Shown: positions 26,938-36,694 of the stretch, one piece after another
Layout of the letters: the number at the start of each line of letters is the position of its first letter
How positions within the stretch are numbered: the stretch's first letter is position 1
IMG/VR virus record: IMGVR_UViG_3300021400_000034
Coordinates: 179,337 to 243,336 of that record
Reading direction: 5' to 3' (one strand)
Length of the DNA: 64,000 nucleotides
From: a virus
Taxonomy: Duplodnaviria; Caudoviricetes
Position numbers and translations under genes: made by a program
Notes under the pieces: model-generated
Databases searched by the model: none
The model's input: only the letters and a program-made list of their open reading frames with translations
What the model was told of the DNA's origin: nothing

Positions 26938-28503
26938 TTAGTCGTCCCAGACATGAGTGAGTTCCTGAATCGAAGCGTGATGCCTGACGAACTGCGGCAC
27001 CGAGTATTCCTTCTCCGAAGAGATGATGAATATCGGAGTGGGCGTGAGGTTGTTCTCCTTCCAGTCCCAGTAGCAGTCCGTGAAGATCACGACGCCGTCG
27101 TAGTGCTTGTTGTGCTGTTTGAGCCATTCACCGATGCAGGCAGGATCGGTACCTCCGCGACCCGGAGCTTCGATCTTCTGGATGTTCTTGGTGAGCTTCT
27201 TCGGCTCGACCATCTGAGCGTCCCAGAATGCCAGATCGATCTCGGTCTTCTTGTAGAAGTTGTGGAGGATAGCGCAGCCCTTCTCGATGTCGGACTGGCT
27301 CATGGATCCACTAGAGTCGATCGCGAAGAGCATGCGAGTCTTGCGGTCGGTTCGATAGCCAGGCAGGTATTCGTAGCGCTTGTTTACGCGGAGACGAGTG
27401 GAGATGCGCTTGCGAGAGCGGACCGTAGCGCCGAAGCCAGCGATGATCGGGACGATGTTGACCTTGCGCTTGTTCTGGAGCAAGATCTCTTCGACCTGAT
27501 TGCCGCTGAGCTTGCCCCAGCCAGTGATCTTGCACTTGTTCTCCACGACGTCGCGGATCATCTCGTCTACGATATTGTTTTGGCCCCACTCTTCTGTGTT
27601 TTCTTCGCCTGACTGGTTCCAGTCGTCGAACTTCTCTTTTCCAGATCCGCTATTCGAGTCTTCAGAGTCAGATTCTCCACTGCCAGTTCCAGGCCGATGT
27701 TGAGCATCTCCATCACCACTGCCTTCGCCTTCGGAGTCAGACTGTTGATCTCCTCTGAGACCTTCAGAAGATCCTTCTGAGTCAGCGTCGTCCCCGCTGC
27801 CGTCTTGATCTTGGTCTTCTTGGCTTTCACCTTCTCCTTGACCTTGATCTTCTTGATCCTCGTCGCCTTCGCCGGAGTCTCCGCTTTCGCGATTATCGTT
27901 TTCGTCTTTGCCATTGTCGGCTCCTTTGTCCTTCTTGGACTTTGTTTGTTGAGACTGTTGACCTTCGCCGTCTTGGCTCTGGCCGTTCTGTTGAGATTGT
28001 TGCTGCTGTTCCTGATTCTGGTTCAGCATGTCGTAGACAGCTTCGTAGTAGAAGTCGTCCTTGTCGATTTTCTTGCCGATCTCGTCCTCGATGGTGATCT
28101 TGGACCAGACGGCCTTGCGTACGTATTCAGCGACGTCGCTCGGAGCGCTGCTGAGGAAGAACTGGAGTTCCTTAGAGTTGCAGACAGCGGTAGAGGCCTT
28201 GTAAGCGTTCGGGCCCTGAAGTTCGCGGTGCGTGCAGTGATGAAGAATGAAGCGGTAGAGCTCGATGGCCATGATGAAGACGAAGACGGACTTGTCGATA
28301 GAGCAGACCCATTCCTCGTTGTATTCGAGGTAAGGAGTTACGTCGGTCTTGACGCAGATTCTCATGGACTGGATGTTGTTGTTGACGCGCTTCGTGAAGA
28401 GAGCATAGAACGAGAGCAGGTTCGGGATGTAGAGCCCGAAGTAGTCCACCGCGTTGGTGAACTTGTTCTCGATAGCTTCTTTTGTGACTTCTATGGAGTT
28501 CAT
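26938..28503 (-). CDS. DUF2201-type protein: degenerate metallopeptidase-like N-domain, acidic linker, VWA domain
   Basis: AIDSSGSMS MIDAS, GRGGTD, VIFTD; IELYRFILHH in place of HExxH. Confidence 0.85.
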   Translation of the reverse strand: MNSIEVTKEAIENKFTNAVDYFGLYIPNLLSFYALFTKRVNNNIQSMRICVKTDVTPYLEYNEEWVCSIDKSVFVFIMAIELYRFILHHCTHRELQGPNAYKASTAVCNSKELQFFLSSAPSDVAEYVRKAVWSKITIEDEIGKKIDKDDFYYEAVYDMLNQNQEQQQQSQQNGQSQDGEGQQSQQTKSKKDKGADNGKDENDNRESGDSGEGDEDQEDQGQGEGESQEDQDQDGSGDDADSEGSSEGLRGDQQSDSEGEGSGDGDAQHRPGTGSGESDSEDSNSGSGKEKFDDWNQSGEENTEEWGQNNIVDEMIRDVVENKCKITGWGKLSGNQVEEILLQNKRKVNIVPIIAGFGATVRSRKRISTRLRVNKRYEYLPGYRTDRKTRMLFAIDSSGSMSQSDIEKGCAILHNFYKKTEIDLAFWDAQMVEPKKLTKNIQKIEAPGRGGTDPACIGEWLKQHNKHYDGVVIFTDCYWDWKENNLTPTPIFIISSEKEYSVPQFVRHHASIQELTHVWDD

Positions 28504-28532
28504 CGGCTGGTCCTTGATGAGTTAACATATAC

Positions 28533-28623
28533 AATATAAGAACTTCTCGGAGAAATCTAAACCCCTAAAATGAGAAAAATCTCAACTTTTTCTATTTAGA
28601 TTTTCACAAAATTTACCTATATT
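28533..28623. promoter_or_regulatory. back-to-back early promoters (minus 28533-28561; plus 28595-28623)
   Basis: Both TTTAGA-N17-TATATT followed by gtatatgt. Confidence 0.8.
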
Positions 28624-28655
28624 GTATATGTAGAACCAGCTAACAAGGACCAGAT

Positions 28656-29255
28656 ATGTTAGACAACCGCAAGATCTATCCCCGCTCGAAAGTCGCCCTT
28701 CTCAAGGTCGCCAACCCAGATCTAGCTCCGCTGTGGGGTCTCATTCAGGGCAAGATCACCTCCTCACACTACGCTTCGATCGTCTTCCAGGAACAGAAGG
28801 CCCTGGACCGTCGCGGCATCGGCGGCTTCTTCACCGAGCACAAGTTCGTGAACATCCTCTATCTCTCGGACAAGTACTTGGACGCTGGCACGAACACTCT
28901 CAAGTTCGACACCGACGAGGATCTCGCTATATTCATTCACGAGTGCTCCCACTTCCTGCACCTGTCCTCGAACGGCGGCAAGTTCCTCATGAGGGACGTC
29001 GGAGATCTGCCTCCGCTCAGCGCTGCGAGTCGTCCTACCCCGAAGCAGCGCTACTGGGCTGAGCGCGAAGCTTGGTTCCGCTCCTTGGGTCTCAACCGCT
29101 GCTTCCATCTCGGTCTCGAAGACGCTATAAATACCGCTAACGCGAAGAACATGCTCGCCGTCGAGGTCAGCATGGGACTCCGCAAGGGAAAGCTCGAAGA
29201 TCTCAAGAAGGAAGCTCGGTCGATGAAGATCACCGACTTCGTCCTCAAAGACTAG
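28656..29255 (+). CDS. HExxH zincin-like protein
   Basis: FIHECSHFLH plus downstream EREAW. Confidence 0.65.
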   Translation: MLDNRKIYPRSKVALLKVANPDLAPLWGLIQGKITSSHYASIVFQEQKALDRRGIGGFFTEHKFVNILYLSDKYLDAGTNTLKFDTDEDLAIFIHECSHFLHLSSNGGKFLMRDVGDLPPLSAASRPTPKQRYWAEREAWFRSLGLNRCFHLGLEDAINTANAKNMLAVEVSMGLRKGKLEDLKKEARSMKITDFVLKD

Positions 29256-29284
29256 CGCAACGTCGTCCAAGCTATAAATACTAT

Positions 29285-32017
29285 ATGAGCTTGGACTACA
29301 CTAAGATAACGCATGAGAGTCTGCTAGCAGAGTGGAACAACCGCGTTCTAGCAGACGAGAGATACAAGAATCTCAGTCACGCCAGCATCTACTCATTCTT
29401 CCAAGAATTCCTAGCTGGAACGATGGATCTGGTGAACTTCTACATTCAGAGAACTGCCGAGGAGAACTACCTCGACACGGCTAAGCTTGACTCTAGCGTG
29501 ATCAAGCTAGCTCACAACCTAGGATATCAGCCGAAGCGTCCGATTCCAGCAGTCGCTGACATCGTTATAGAGCTGAGAGGTCCTCTTCCGAAGACGGTCC
29601 AAGCTGGAGACACTATCTGGCTGAACAACGAAGCTCTAACGTTCTCTTTCAACGGTCACGACTTCATGCTTGACGCTTGCTACTCTTACAAGTTGACCGC
29701 AAAAGACATCGCAGACGGAAAGGATCCGTCTTGGAGAAAGAGGATCAGATACGCTACTGACGGCTACGCTGGTCATCGTGAAGGCTACATCGCTCTAGAC
29801 GGCCAAGTCAACAGCGTATCTGCTGCTAAGCTGTACACGATAGGAATTCTTCAGGGAAAGAAGGTCAAGAAGATCATCGAGCCGCTCGTCTACTCTAATC
29901 AGATCGGCGAGCCTTACCAGATCTACGACATCAACGACGTGAAGTTCTCGAACTACTACGGCGTTCGTGATCCGTTCGCTACGATAGACGGTCAATACTC
30001 CAAGAAGTTCGGCATGTGCCGCGTCGGCATTGGAAGAACAGAGACGGAGGCGATGCTTGAAGATAACCTCTACGACATCGAAGAGCTCGCCGTCGAGATG
30101 AACTCCAAGTTCAAGAGAGAAGAACATCTCACGGAGAAGGAGATCAGCAACCAAGCTCAGATCGTCGCTTTGACCTCTAACTACGACAAGACTGTCCGCT
30201 TGGAGTTCGGAAACGGTGTAAGCACTTCCTGCGGCCTTAAGAGCACAGAAGACATTCTATGTGTCGAGTATCTCATCACTGACGGATCTGACGCTAACTA
30301 TCCAGACGCTGAAGGTTCTGAGCTAAGAGTCGTCGGCAAAGTCTACGCTTCGGGCGAAGGACGCATGACTAATCTGACGAACTACGTCTCGTTCATTCTA
30401 GACTCAGAGATTCATGGAGGTCAGGACTTCGAGTCACGCGACAGCATCAAGAGAAACGCTAGAACGTTCTACGCTTCTAACGGAAAGCTTATCACTCTGC
30501 CAGACTATCAGTCTTGGCTGTTGACTATCACAGACCCAATCATCGTGAAGAACGCTATCGCTTACGGCGAGAACCAGATCGAAGACAAAGGATATCAGCA
30601 CGACGCTGGTATGTCAAACTTCGTTCTCTATACGATCTTCTCAGACGTCTACCGCAAGTATGACGGACGCTATCGTCCTATCAACGTGTTCGATGAAGAC
30701 GAAGATCTCAGCAACACGTTCTTGTACTTCGACTACAACACGTACATCAACCACTTGTCAGACTTCGTCAAGATGATGGCTGAGCCGAAGAACGGATGCA
30801 CAGAGCAGCTGAACGACACTACGACGTTCGGAAAGTGGTGCAAGAGAATTCGAGATGTCGTCGAAGACCGAGTAGCGATCAACACTAAGCTTCTCAGCCT
30901 TCCACCCATCTTCCACTACTATGACGTTGTAGGCGACATTCAGGTCGACCGTCATATCGACATGTCTAAACTCAAAGATGAGCTAGAGAACAGCATCTAC
31001 GAGTGGCTAGCAGAGAACACGTCATTCAATACGAAGATCTTCAAGTCCGACCTGATCGACCGAATTCTTAAGCATCCAGACTGCTTGAGAGCTAACATCG
31101 ACATTAAGGTCTCTGAGCTGATCAAGGGCGAGAGAAAGACATACAGATTCAACAACACTAGCGAAAAAGAGCGCATCACCGTCAACAGAGACATTCTGAT
31201 TATCCCAGTCAGGGACATCAGAGGAAACGACATGAGAGATATTCTGAAAGACATGGTCGGACAGAGCATCGATCTAGAAGTCATTGACGGAACTGGCAAC
31301 ATCCAGTCTTACACAATCAAGAACTACAGCGCAGACGAAGAGCACGTCTATCTGAGAGTCAACGGAAGTCCTACTGTCAACGACGACTACATGTCAGACA
31401 TCATTCTCGAAGAAGATTCCTTCAGCACTCGTGGCAATCTATCTAGCCTGACTGACAAGATGAAGGATCTGATCTACTACTGGATCAGCTCGAAGACTAA
31501 AGTCGAAGGGACAGAAGACAGACCTATCTCGCTACCGTACGAAATCAAGGTCGAGACATCTACAACGAGAGATCAGATCGTCGATAAGATGAATGAGATA
31601 GATACCCAGATTAGAATCAGTCAGAGCAATGCTCGTAGAAGTGATGAGGATCAGGCAAGGCTTGACGCGCTCAATGCCGAGTATCAAAGACTACTAGCAC
31701 TCATCCAAAACTATGACGGAAAGCCAATCACTACCGACAGCACAGTCCGTCTGGAGACGTTCTTGAGAGTCGGCGCTAACTCTACTGACGTCAGCACGAA
31801 CCTAAGCGAAGACTCGTTCTACTACATGCTCATCGACAACGTCAAGAGCGGAAATCTGTCTATGGACACTGTAAAGAGCGCTATGCCTTACATGTACCCT
31901 GCGCTCAAGGCTATCTTCGACGACAACGTTCTAGACGACAACAACAACATCGTATACTTCAGCTCTGAGAGAGAAATCCCAGTGCTGAGACTAAGATTCA
32001 GATACACGTACGCATAA
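29285..32017 (+). CDS. gp6: baseplate wedge subunit (T4 gp6-like)
   Basis: ENYLDTAKLDSSV..LAHNLGYQP, LEFGNG, GGQDFES..IK and ITLPDY motifs; TATAAATA at 29273-29280. Confidence 0.9.
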   Translation: MSLDYTKITHESLLAEWNNRVLADERYKNLSHASIYSFFQEFLAGTMDLVNFYIQRTAEENYLDTAKLDSSVIKLAHNLGYQPKRPIPAVADIVIELRGPLPKTVQAGDTIWLNNEALTFSFNGHDFMLDACYSYKLTAKDIADGKDPSWRKRIRYATDGYAGHREGYIALDGQVNSVSAAKLYTIGILQGKKVKKIIEPLVYSNQIGEPYQIYDINDVKFSNYYGVRDPFATIDGQYSKKFGMCRVGIGRTETEAMLEDNLYDIEELAVEMNSKFKREEHLTEKEISNQAQIVALTSNYDKTVRLEFGNGVSTSCGLKSTEDILCVEYLITDGSDANYPDAEGSELRVVGKVYASGEGRMTNLTNYVSFILDSEIHGGQDFESRDSIKRNARTFYASNGKLITLPDYQSWLLTITDPIIVKNAIAYGENQIEDKGYQHDAGMSNFVLYTIFSDVYRKYDGRYRPINVFDEDEDLSNTFLYFDYNTYINHLSDFVKMMAEPKNGCTEQLNDTTTFGKWCKRIRDVVEDRVAINTKLLSLPPIFHYYDVVGDIQVDRHIDMSKLKDELENSIYEWLAENTSFNTKIFKSDLIDRILKHPDCLRANIDIKVSELIKGERKTYRFNNTSEKERITVNRDILIIPVRDIRGNDMRDILKDMVGQSIDLEVIDGTGNIQSYTIKNYSADEEHVYLRVNGSPTVNDDYMSDIILEEDSFSTRGNLSSLTDKMKDLIYYWISSKTKVEGTEDRPISLPYEIKVETSTTRDQIVDKMNEIDTQIRISQSNARRSDEDQARLDALNAEYQRLLALIQNYDGKPITTDSTVRLETFLRVGANSTDVSTNLSEDSFYYMLIDNVKSGNLSMDTVKSAMPYMYPALKAIFDDNVLDDNNNIVYFSSEREIPVLRLRFRYTYA

Positions 32018-33051
32018 TGGATGAAGATATAGTAATAGAGATGGCTACCAAGAAGCTCGACAACTCGAAAGAGGTGCGAGTGACTAGGTTAAAGAACAAA
32101 GTGATCACGCATCCTGCTGTTCACGAGAGCTGGGGCGATGTAGCTGCTTGGGACGAAGTCGTAGTCGACAAGATCGAAGACGCTGTTCTCTATCCTTACA
32201 TGTATGACGCGACTAGGTTCTTCTACAAGGACAACATCGGAACGAATCTGTCTCTGAACAACGCAGTGAGCCACTTCGTGTTCTCACTAGGAGAGACTGT
32301 CGGTGAGCTCAAGTCTTTCAGTATGAACATGTCCACTAGACTAGACGAAGAAGGAGTCGATCACTGGGACGAGAAGATCTACTACAGCGATACGTTCGCA
32401 TACAATCCCGACACTGGCTTCTACTCGCTCGTGATCTACACTCCAGCGAAGTCCGTGGACTCTCATGATAACCAGATCGGCTACAACGACTCTGTCATCT
32501 CAATAGAAGAGAACATGTCTGCTCCTCCAGAGAGCGCATTCTTGAGAGTGTCTGTTGAATATAGAACGAACTTGCCGCCCTGTCTCATCCAAGGAATCCC
32601 TAAGAAGTTCAATCCTGCCGAGGAGGATCCAGTCTTCCCAGTAGACGCAACTAGGGTAGACATCGGAGTCAACCAGATCCCAGACTACTTCCAGAACTCG
32701 CAGGGCTACACTCAGGACTATCTCTTCACGAACTCCTCGGCTATGTACGTCGCTGACGCGAGCGGATTCATTCCAGAGGAAATCTCAAACGACTACACAT
32801 TCTCTGGTGTGAGCGCTTATCTTGAAGATAGTGATACTACGATGAAGATTCCTGTAGACTTCGAGGTTCTCTCCGACGAGCACATAAAAGAGAAATCTCT
32901 AGATGTCACCGTTGAAGGAACTTCAGCCTCTTACTCGGCTCAGCTAGAGAGGGTCATCTGGAGAACGAAAATCAAGAATAGCATGAATTCGACGAACAAG
33001 AACATCCTGACAATCGAGGCTGCAGTCGAGCCGACAACGGACGAGGTATAA
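32017..33051 (+). CDS. probable virion (baseplate) protein, 344 aa
   Basis: Coupled to gp6 (TAATG); acidic, SA/SG-rich. Confidence 0.6.
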   Translation: MDEDIVIEMATKKLDNSKEVRVTRLKNKVITHPAVHESWGDVAAWDEVVVDKIEDAVLYPYMYDATRFFYKDNIGTNLSLNNAVSHFVFSLGETVGELKSFSMNMSTRLDEEGVDHWDEKIYYSDTFAYNPDTGFYSLVIYTPAKSVDSHDNQIGYNDSVISIEENMSAPPESAFLRVSVEYRTNLPPCLIQGIPKKFNPAEEDPVFPVDATRVDIGVNQIPDYFQNSQGYTQDYLFTNSSAMYVADASGFIPEEISNDYTFSGVSAYLEDSDTTMKIPVDFEVLSDEHIKEKSLDVTVEGTSASYSAQLERVIWRTKIKNSMNSTNKNILTIEAAVEPTTDEV

Positions 33052-33090
33052 ATAAAGAGAATAAACACCTGTGTAGGAGAATTTTGAATT

Positions 33091-33720
33091 ATGGCTGAAA
33101 CATCAAACGACATGAACGTGTTCACTAGCGAGATCGACAACTTCCAAGATCTCGCCAAGAACTTCCTATGGCAAGCCGTGATCATTCCCGAAGAGGGAAC
33201 AGCTCTAGCTCAGCTGTTCAAGGCCCTAGGCGGCACCCGTCAGTTCACTTTACGCTGCAGAATGGCTGCTCTTCCGGAGAGATCCGTCGAATCTGAGCTC
33301 GAGACCCACTGGCAGGGCTCTAAGAAGGTCTTCCCTGGCCGTATGAAGCAAGACGGCGAGATGCAGATGAAGTTCGATGAGTTCCAGGACTGGACGACTT
33401 CTCACATGCTCCAGGCATGGATGAACCTCATGCACAACGCAAACATCAAGCAAGACGGAGGAGATACGGCGGACTACTTCGGTCAGAAGACTGGCGCTGC
33501 TATTTCCAACTACATGACTCAGTACAGCGCAAAGATCCGTCTGACATGCTTCGACTCCAGACTCGAAGAAGGCCAGCCTCACGACTACACCTGCTACTAC
33601 TGCTGGCCGAAGACGATGTCTCAGGTTCAGCTCGACATGGCTGGCTCTGAGAAGATCGAACGTGAAGTCACATTCAGATACTCTACGTTCCAGGAGACGA
33701 ATCCTAAGCTCAGCAAGTAA
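33091..33720 (+). CDS. gp19: tail tube protein (T4 gp19-like)
   Basis: CRMAALP, WQG.KKVFPGR, WPKTMSQVQLD and VTFRY motifs; late box at 33047-33054. Confidence 0.85.
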   Translation: MAETSNDMNVFTSEIDNFQDLAKNFLWQAVIIPEEGTALAQLFKALGGTRQFTLRCRMAALPERSVESELETHWQGSKKVFPGRMKQDGEMQMKFDEFQDWTTSHMLQAWMNLMHNANIKQDGGDTADYFGQKTGAAISNYMTQYSAKIRLTCFDSRLEEGQPHDYTCYYCWPKTMSQVQLDMAGSEKIEREVTFRYSTFQETNPKLSK

Positions 33721-33736
33721 TTCGGAGGTCTGAGAG

Positions 33737-34549
33737 ATGGCAGTTAACAGCAATCCGAGAATTCCGAAGTTCTGCGAACACAGAGATCCCTACTATGACC
33801 TAGGGTGGATAGACAACCTATCCGCGTTGAAAGCCTATATTCTCCGACAGCTTGGGGCACCGAAGATCTGTGTTGAGCTAACTGACGAACAGCTGACTGA
33901 CATCATAGGAGACACTCTCCGCTACTTCTGGAAATACTACAGCCAAGGACATCGAGAAGACTACTTGGCTTTCGAGCTCGTTCCTGGCATGACTCACTAC
34001 AAGATCTGTCAAGAGCTCGAAGAGGTCGTCGACTTAGAGCTAGCGTCATGGCTAGGAAACGTCGACAACCTTCTGACGCCCGTCAACAACATGCTAGTGA
34101 ACCAGTTCCTTCCGTATGGCGGAGGCAAGTACGTCTCCACGTGCTGGGGAACTTCTGACTATGGCGACATTCTAGGAAACTGGAACGCTACACTGACATG
34201 GCTCGAAGAAGCGAAGATGGACTTCGGACGCAAGTATCGCGTGAAGTACATCCGAGAACAGAAGGCTCTGTCTGTCTGGCCGACACCTAAGTTCCCAGAA
34301 CGAGCTCTGCTGAGAGTCTACAAGCGTGAGCACTTCATGAACCTCATTCAGGATCCGCTGTTCCGTGAGCTGCTCGTCGCGAAAGCTGGATGGCTATGGT
34401 CGCTCGGAATGAGAAAGTACACGCTTCAGCTCGCTGGCGGCGGTCAGCTAAACGGCGACTCTCTCGCATCCGACTTCAAGCAAGACATCAAGGACATCAA
34501 GGATCGCATCGATCTAGAGTCTCCAGTCAACGAGATCATCGTAGGCTAG
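33737..34549 (+). CDS. gp13: neck protein (T4 gp13-like)
   Basis: LKAYILRQLGAPKICVELTDEQ; KY..LAGGGQLNG. Confidence 0.9.
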   Translation: MAVNSNPRIPKFCEHRDPYYDLGWIDNLSALKAYILRQLGAPKICVELTDEQLTDIIGDTLRYFWKYYSQGHREDYLAFELVPGMTHYKICQELEEVVDLELASWLGNVDNLLTPVNNMLVNQFLPYGGGKYVSTCWGTSDYGDILGNWNATLTWLEEAKMDFGRKYRVKYIREQKALSVWPTPKFPERALLRVYKREHFMNLIQDPLFRELLVAKAGWLWSLGMRKYTLQLAGGGQLNGDSLASDFKQDIKDIKDRIDLESPVNEIIVG

Positions 34550-34594
34550 TTTCCGCTATAAATAATCTGATAAAGAAACTAGTGGAGTTTTGTG

Positions 34595-36694
34595 ATGCCT
34601 ACAGGTATAATTCCAAATACTGACATAGAATTGAATCTTCTCTCTGGAGCACACTGGTCTAGAACGACTATCGCGGACGGTAAGTGGCTGAACAGCAACA
34701 CGATTCAGCCGCTCTTCAACAACGACTGCATTCTCGCTAGCGCAATCCACGACACATCAGCGGATCTATACAACCGCATCGAGGAGTCTTCAGGCTATCT
34801 TCAGAATGAAGTAGACAAGATCAACGACGAGATCGACACTATCAACGCAGGCAGCGACGTGATTGACGTGGTCGGATCTTATCAGCAGCTCATAGAGTAT
34901 ACGGGCTGGACGACTGACAATGACGTCATCAAAGTCCTCAACGACGAGAGTGAAGGACACTCTGGAAATCAGACCTACTGGCGATATGTCGACCCGACAC
35001 TAGAATCTGGTACTCTTCATCCTGACTCAGCTAACTGGGTTTATCTCGGCGATCTGTCTCCTTACTATAACAAGACGACGATCGATGCGATGTCGGCATA
35101 TCTCTACAACTACACGACTACTGCAAGCGGAAACCTGCACCAAGAGATAACTAACACGAGCGCAATCCTACATCAGGAGATCTTAACTTCTGCCACGAAC
35201 TTGCAGAATGACATCGACTACGTCTCTGGTCAGGCTGACTACAGCGCCGCTTACCTCTATAGTCTGATTCACGACACGTCGGGTAAGACTGAAGTATCTG
35301 GCGGAAAGTATGTTCAGGTGACTAAGCTTCCGCAGAAACCGGACGGAATGATCACTTACTCTGCTGATCTCAATGAGAACCAGATGGTCAACCTAGAAGC
35401 TAGCGGAGAACATCTCAAGATAGTCAACTCTGGAAACACATCGACGTTCGTCTGCGACGCATCTCAGATCTTGGCCGCGCCAGATGGAGTCAATATTCCA
35501 ATTGATCTATTCATTAAGCCAGACAGAAGCGGCTATGACATCACAGGAAGTGGTATCACAGGAAGTGGTATCTCGGGATTCATTCCGTCTATTCCGCCTA
35601 AGACAGCAACTGGAATTGACAGACTAGTTCTCGGAAAAGACGGATCCGATACCGGAAGCAACTTCGGATGGATAGAAGCTGATCTAATATCGAAAACACT
35701 GCGTGAAGAGAATGGTGGTGCAATAGTTTCAACCGATAGACAACACGAATTAGATTTTGAAATTGCTACGTATCGATACTCTCCACTAAATCCTCTACAA
35801 GTCAGTGTATATACAACCGATGATAGCGGCAATAAGACGAATTATGGAAAATTGATTCCGCCTCCTCTGTATCCTCAGGATCCTGACTACATGAAGAGGG
35901 AGTACTTAGAAAAAAGTATTCGTATCAACAATGTAGGAAGAGTCGAATTAACCGAAGATCCGATAAACTATCTTGAACATACACAGGATCAAGGCGATAT
36001 AAGGCATCATAACGTCCATCTGTGTGGATATTACGGTGCAGCTAACGATCCACTTTACAGTAAAGATAAGACAGTCGAGGGTGATGCATTCGGCGTATCA
36101 GCAGACAATGGGTTCAGAGGCACTTACCTATCTTGGGCAGTGTGGCCTTCGAACAACAGTGAGGTAGAAGCTGGAGCATATCGAAAAGCCTCAAATCCGG
36201 CCGGATCAGTAGAATTTGTGAATAACGTTCAGGACTTCACTCAAAACGGGTCGATGTATCTCTGGTCAAAGAAGATACCTACTCTTTATATTCACGTCTC
36301 TAGAAATGGCGGAACTGGCGGATATAGAGTGAACAAGTTGATTGAGCTCCCTAAGGATCCTAGAAATGGTACAAAATATCCAAAGTTCGTTCACGGATCC
36401 GGAATGTTCAAAGTAGGAGATTCTAGAGAGATTCACATTATTCCCGGAAAGGCTCCTTATGAAGAAAATGGATATAATTATCTCAATTCTATTGACCACG
36501 TGCAGAACTACAACTGCTCTGGCTTCGTCTCTAACGAATGGAATCATATCTCATTCGACTTCAGCAGAACATCTGCTTGGTCTGAAACGGAACCAAACTA
36601 TGAGTCAGACCTGAGATATATCGCGGTCAAGGGAAGGGATAACTCAGACTCTGAGATCACGGTCGAGAACTTGAGACTTCTCTGCTGGTACTAG
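34595..36694 (+). CDS. fiber-like virion protein with a mosaic C-terminal domain
   Basis: Late box at 34557-34564; SDVIDVVG..DNDVIKVL fiber-like motif; shift in codon usage after ~35500. Confidence 0.6.
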   Translation: MPTGIIPNTDIELNLLSGAHWSRTTIADGKWLNSNTIQPLFNNDCILASAIHDTSADLYNRIEESSGYLQNEVDKINDEIDTINAGSDVIDVVGSYQQLIEYTGWTTDNDVIKVLNDESEGHSGNQTYWRYVDPTLESGTLHPDSANWVYLGDLSPYYNKTTIDAMSAYLYNYTTTASGNLHQEITNTSAILHQEILTSATNLQNDIDYVSGQADYSAAYLYSLIHDTSGKTEVSGGKYVQVTKLPQKPDGMITYSADLNENQMVNLEASGEHLKIVNSGNTSTFVCDASQILAAPDGVNIPIDLFIKPDRSGYDITGSGITGSGISGFIPSIPPKTATGIDRLVLGKDGSDTGSNFGWIEADLISKTLREENGGAIVSTDRQHELDFEIATYRYSPLNPLQVSVYTTDDSGNKTNYGKLIPPPLYPQDPDYMKREYLEKSIRINNVGRVELTEDPINYLEHTQDQGDIRHHNVHLCGYYGAANDPLYSKDKTVEGDAFGVSADNGFRGTYLSWAVWPSNNSEVEAGAYRKASNPAGSVEFVNNVQDFTQNGSMYLWSKKIPTLYIHVSRNGGTGGYRVNKLIELPKDPRNGTKYPKFVHGSGMFKVGDSREIHIIPGKAPYEENGYNYLNSIDHVQNYNCSGFVSNEWNHISFDFSRTSAWSETEPNYESDLRYIAVKGRDNSDSEITVENLRLLCWY

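Noticed and set aside
25411-28660. Invertible segment for the minus-strand MoxR/VWA block
   Set aside because: Repeated sequences are promoter and RBS motifs; no flanking recombination sites or recombinase
29126-29133. TATAAATA inside the HExxH gene
   Set aside because: Within coding sequence; a better-placed box precedes gp6 at 29273
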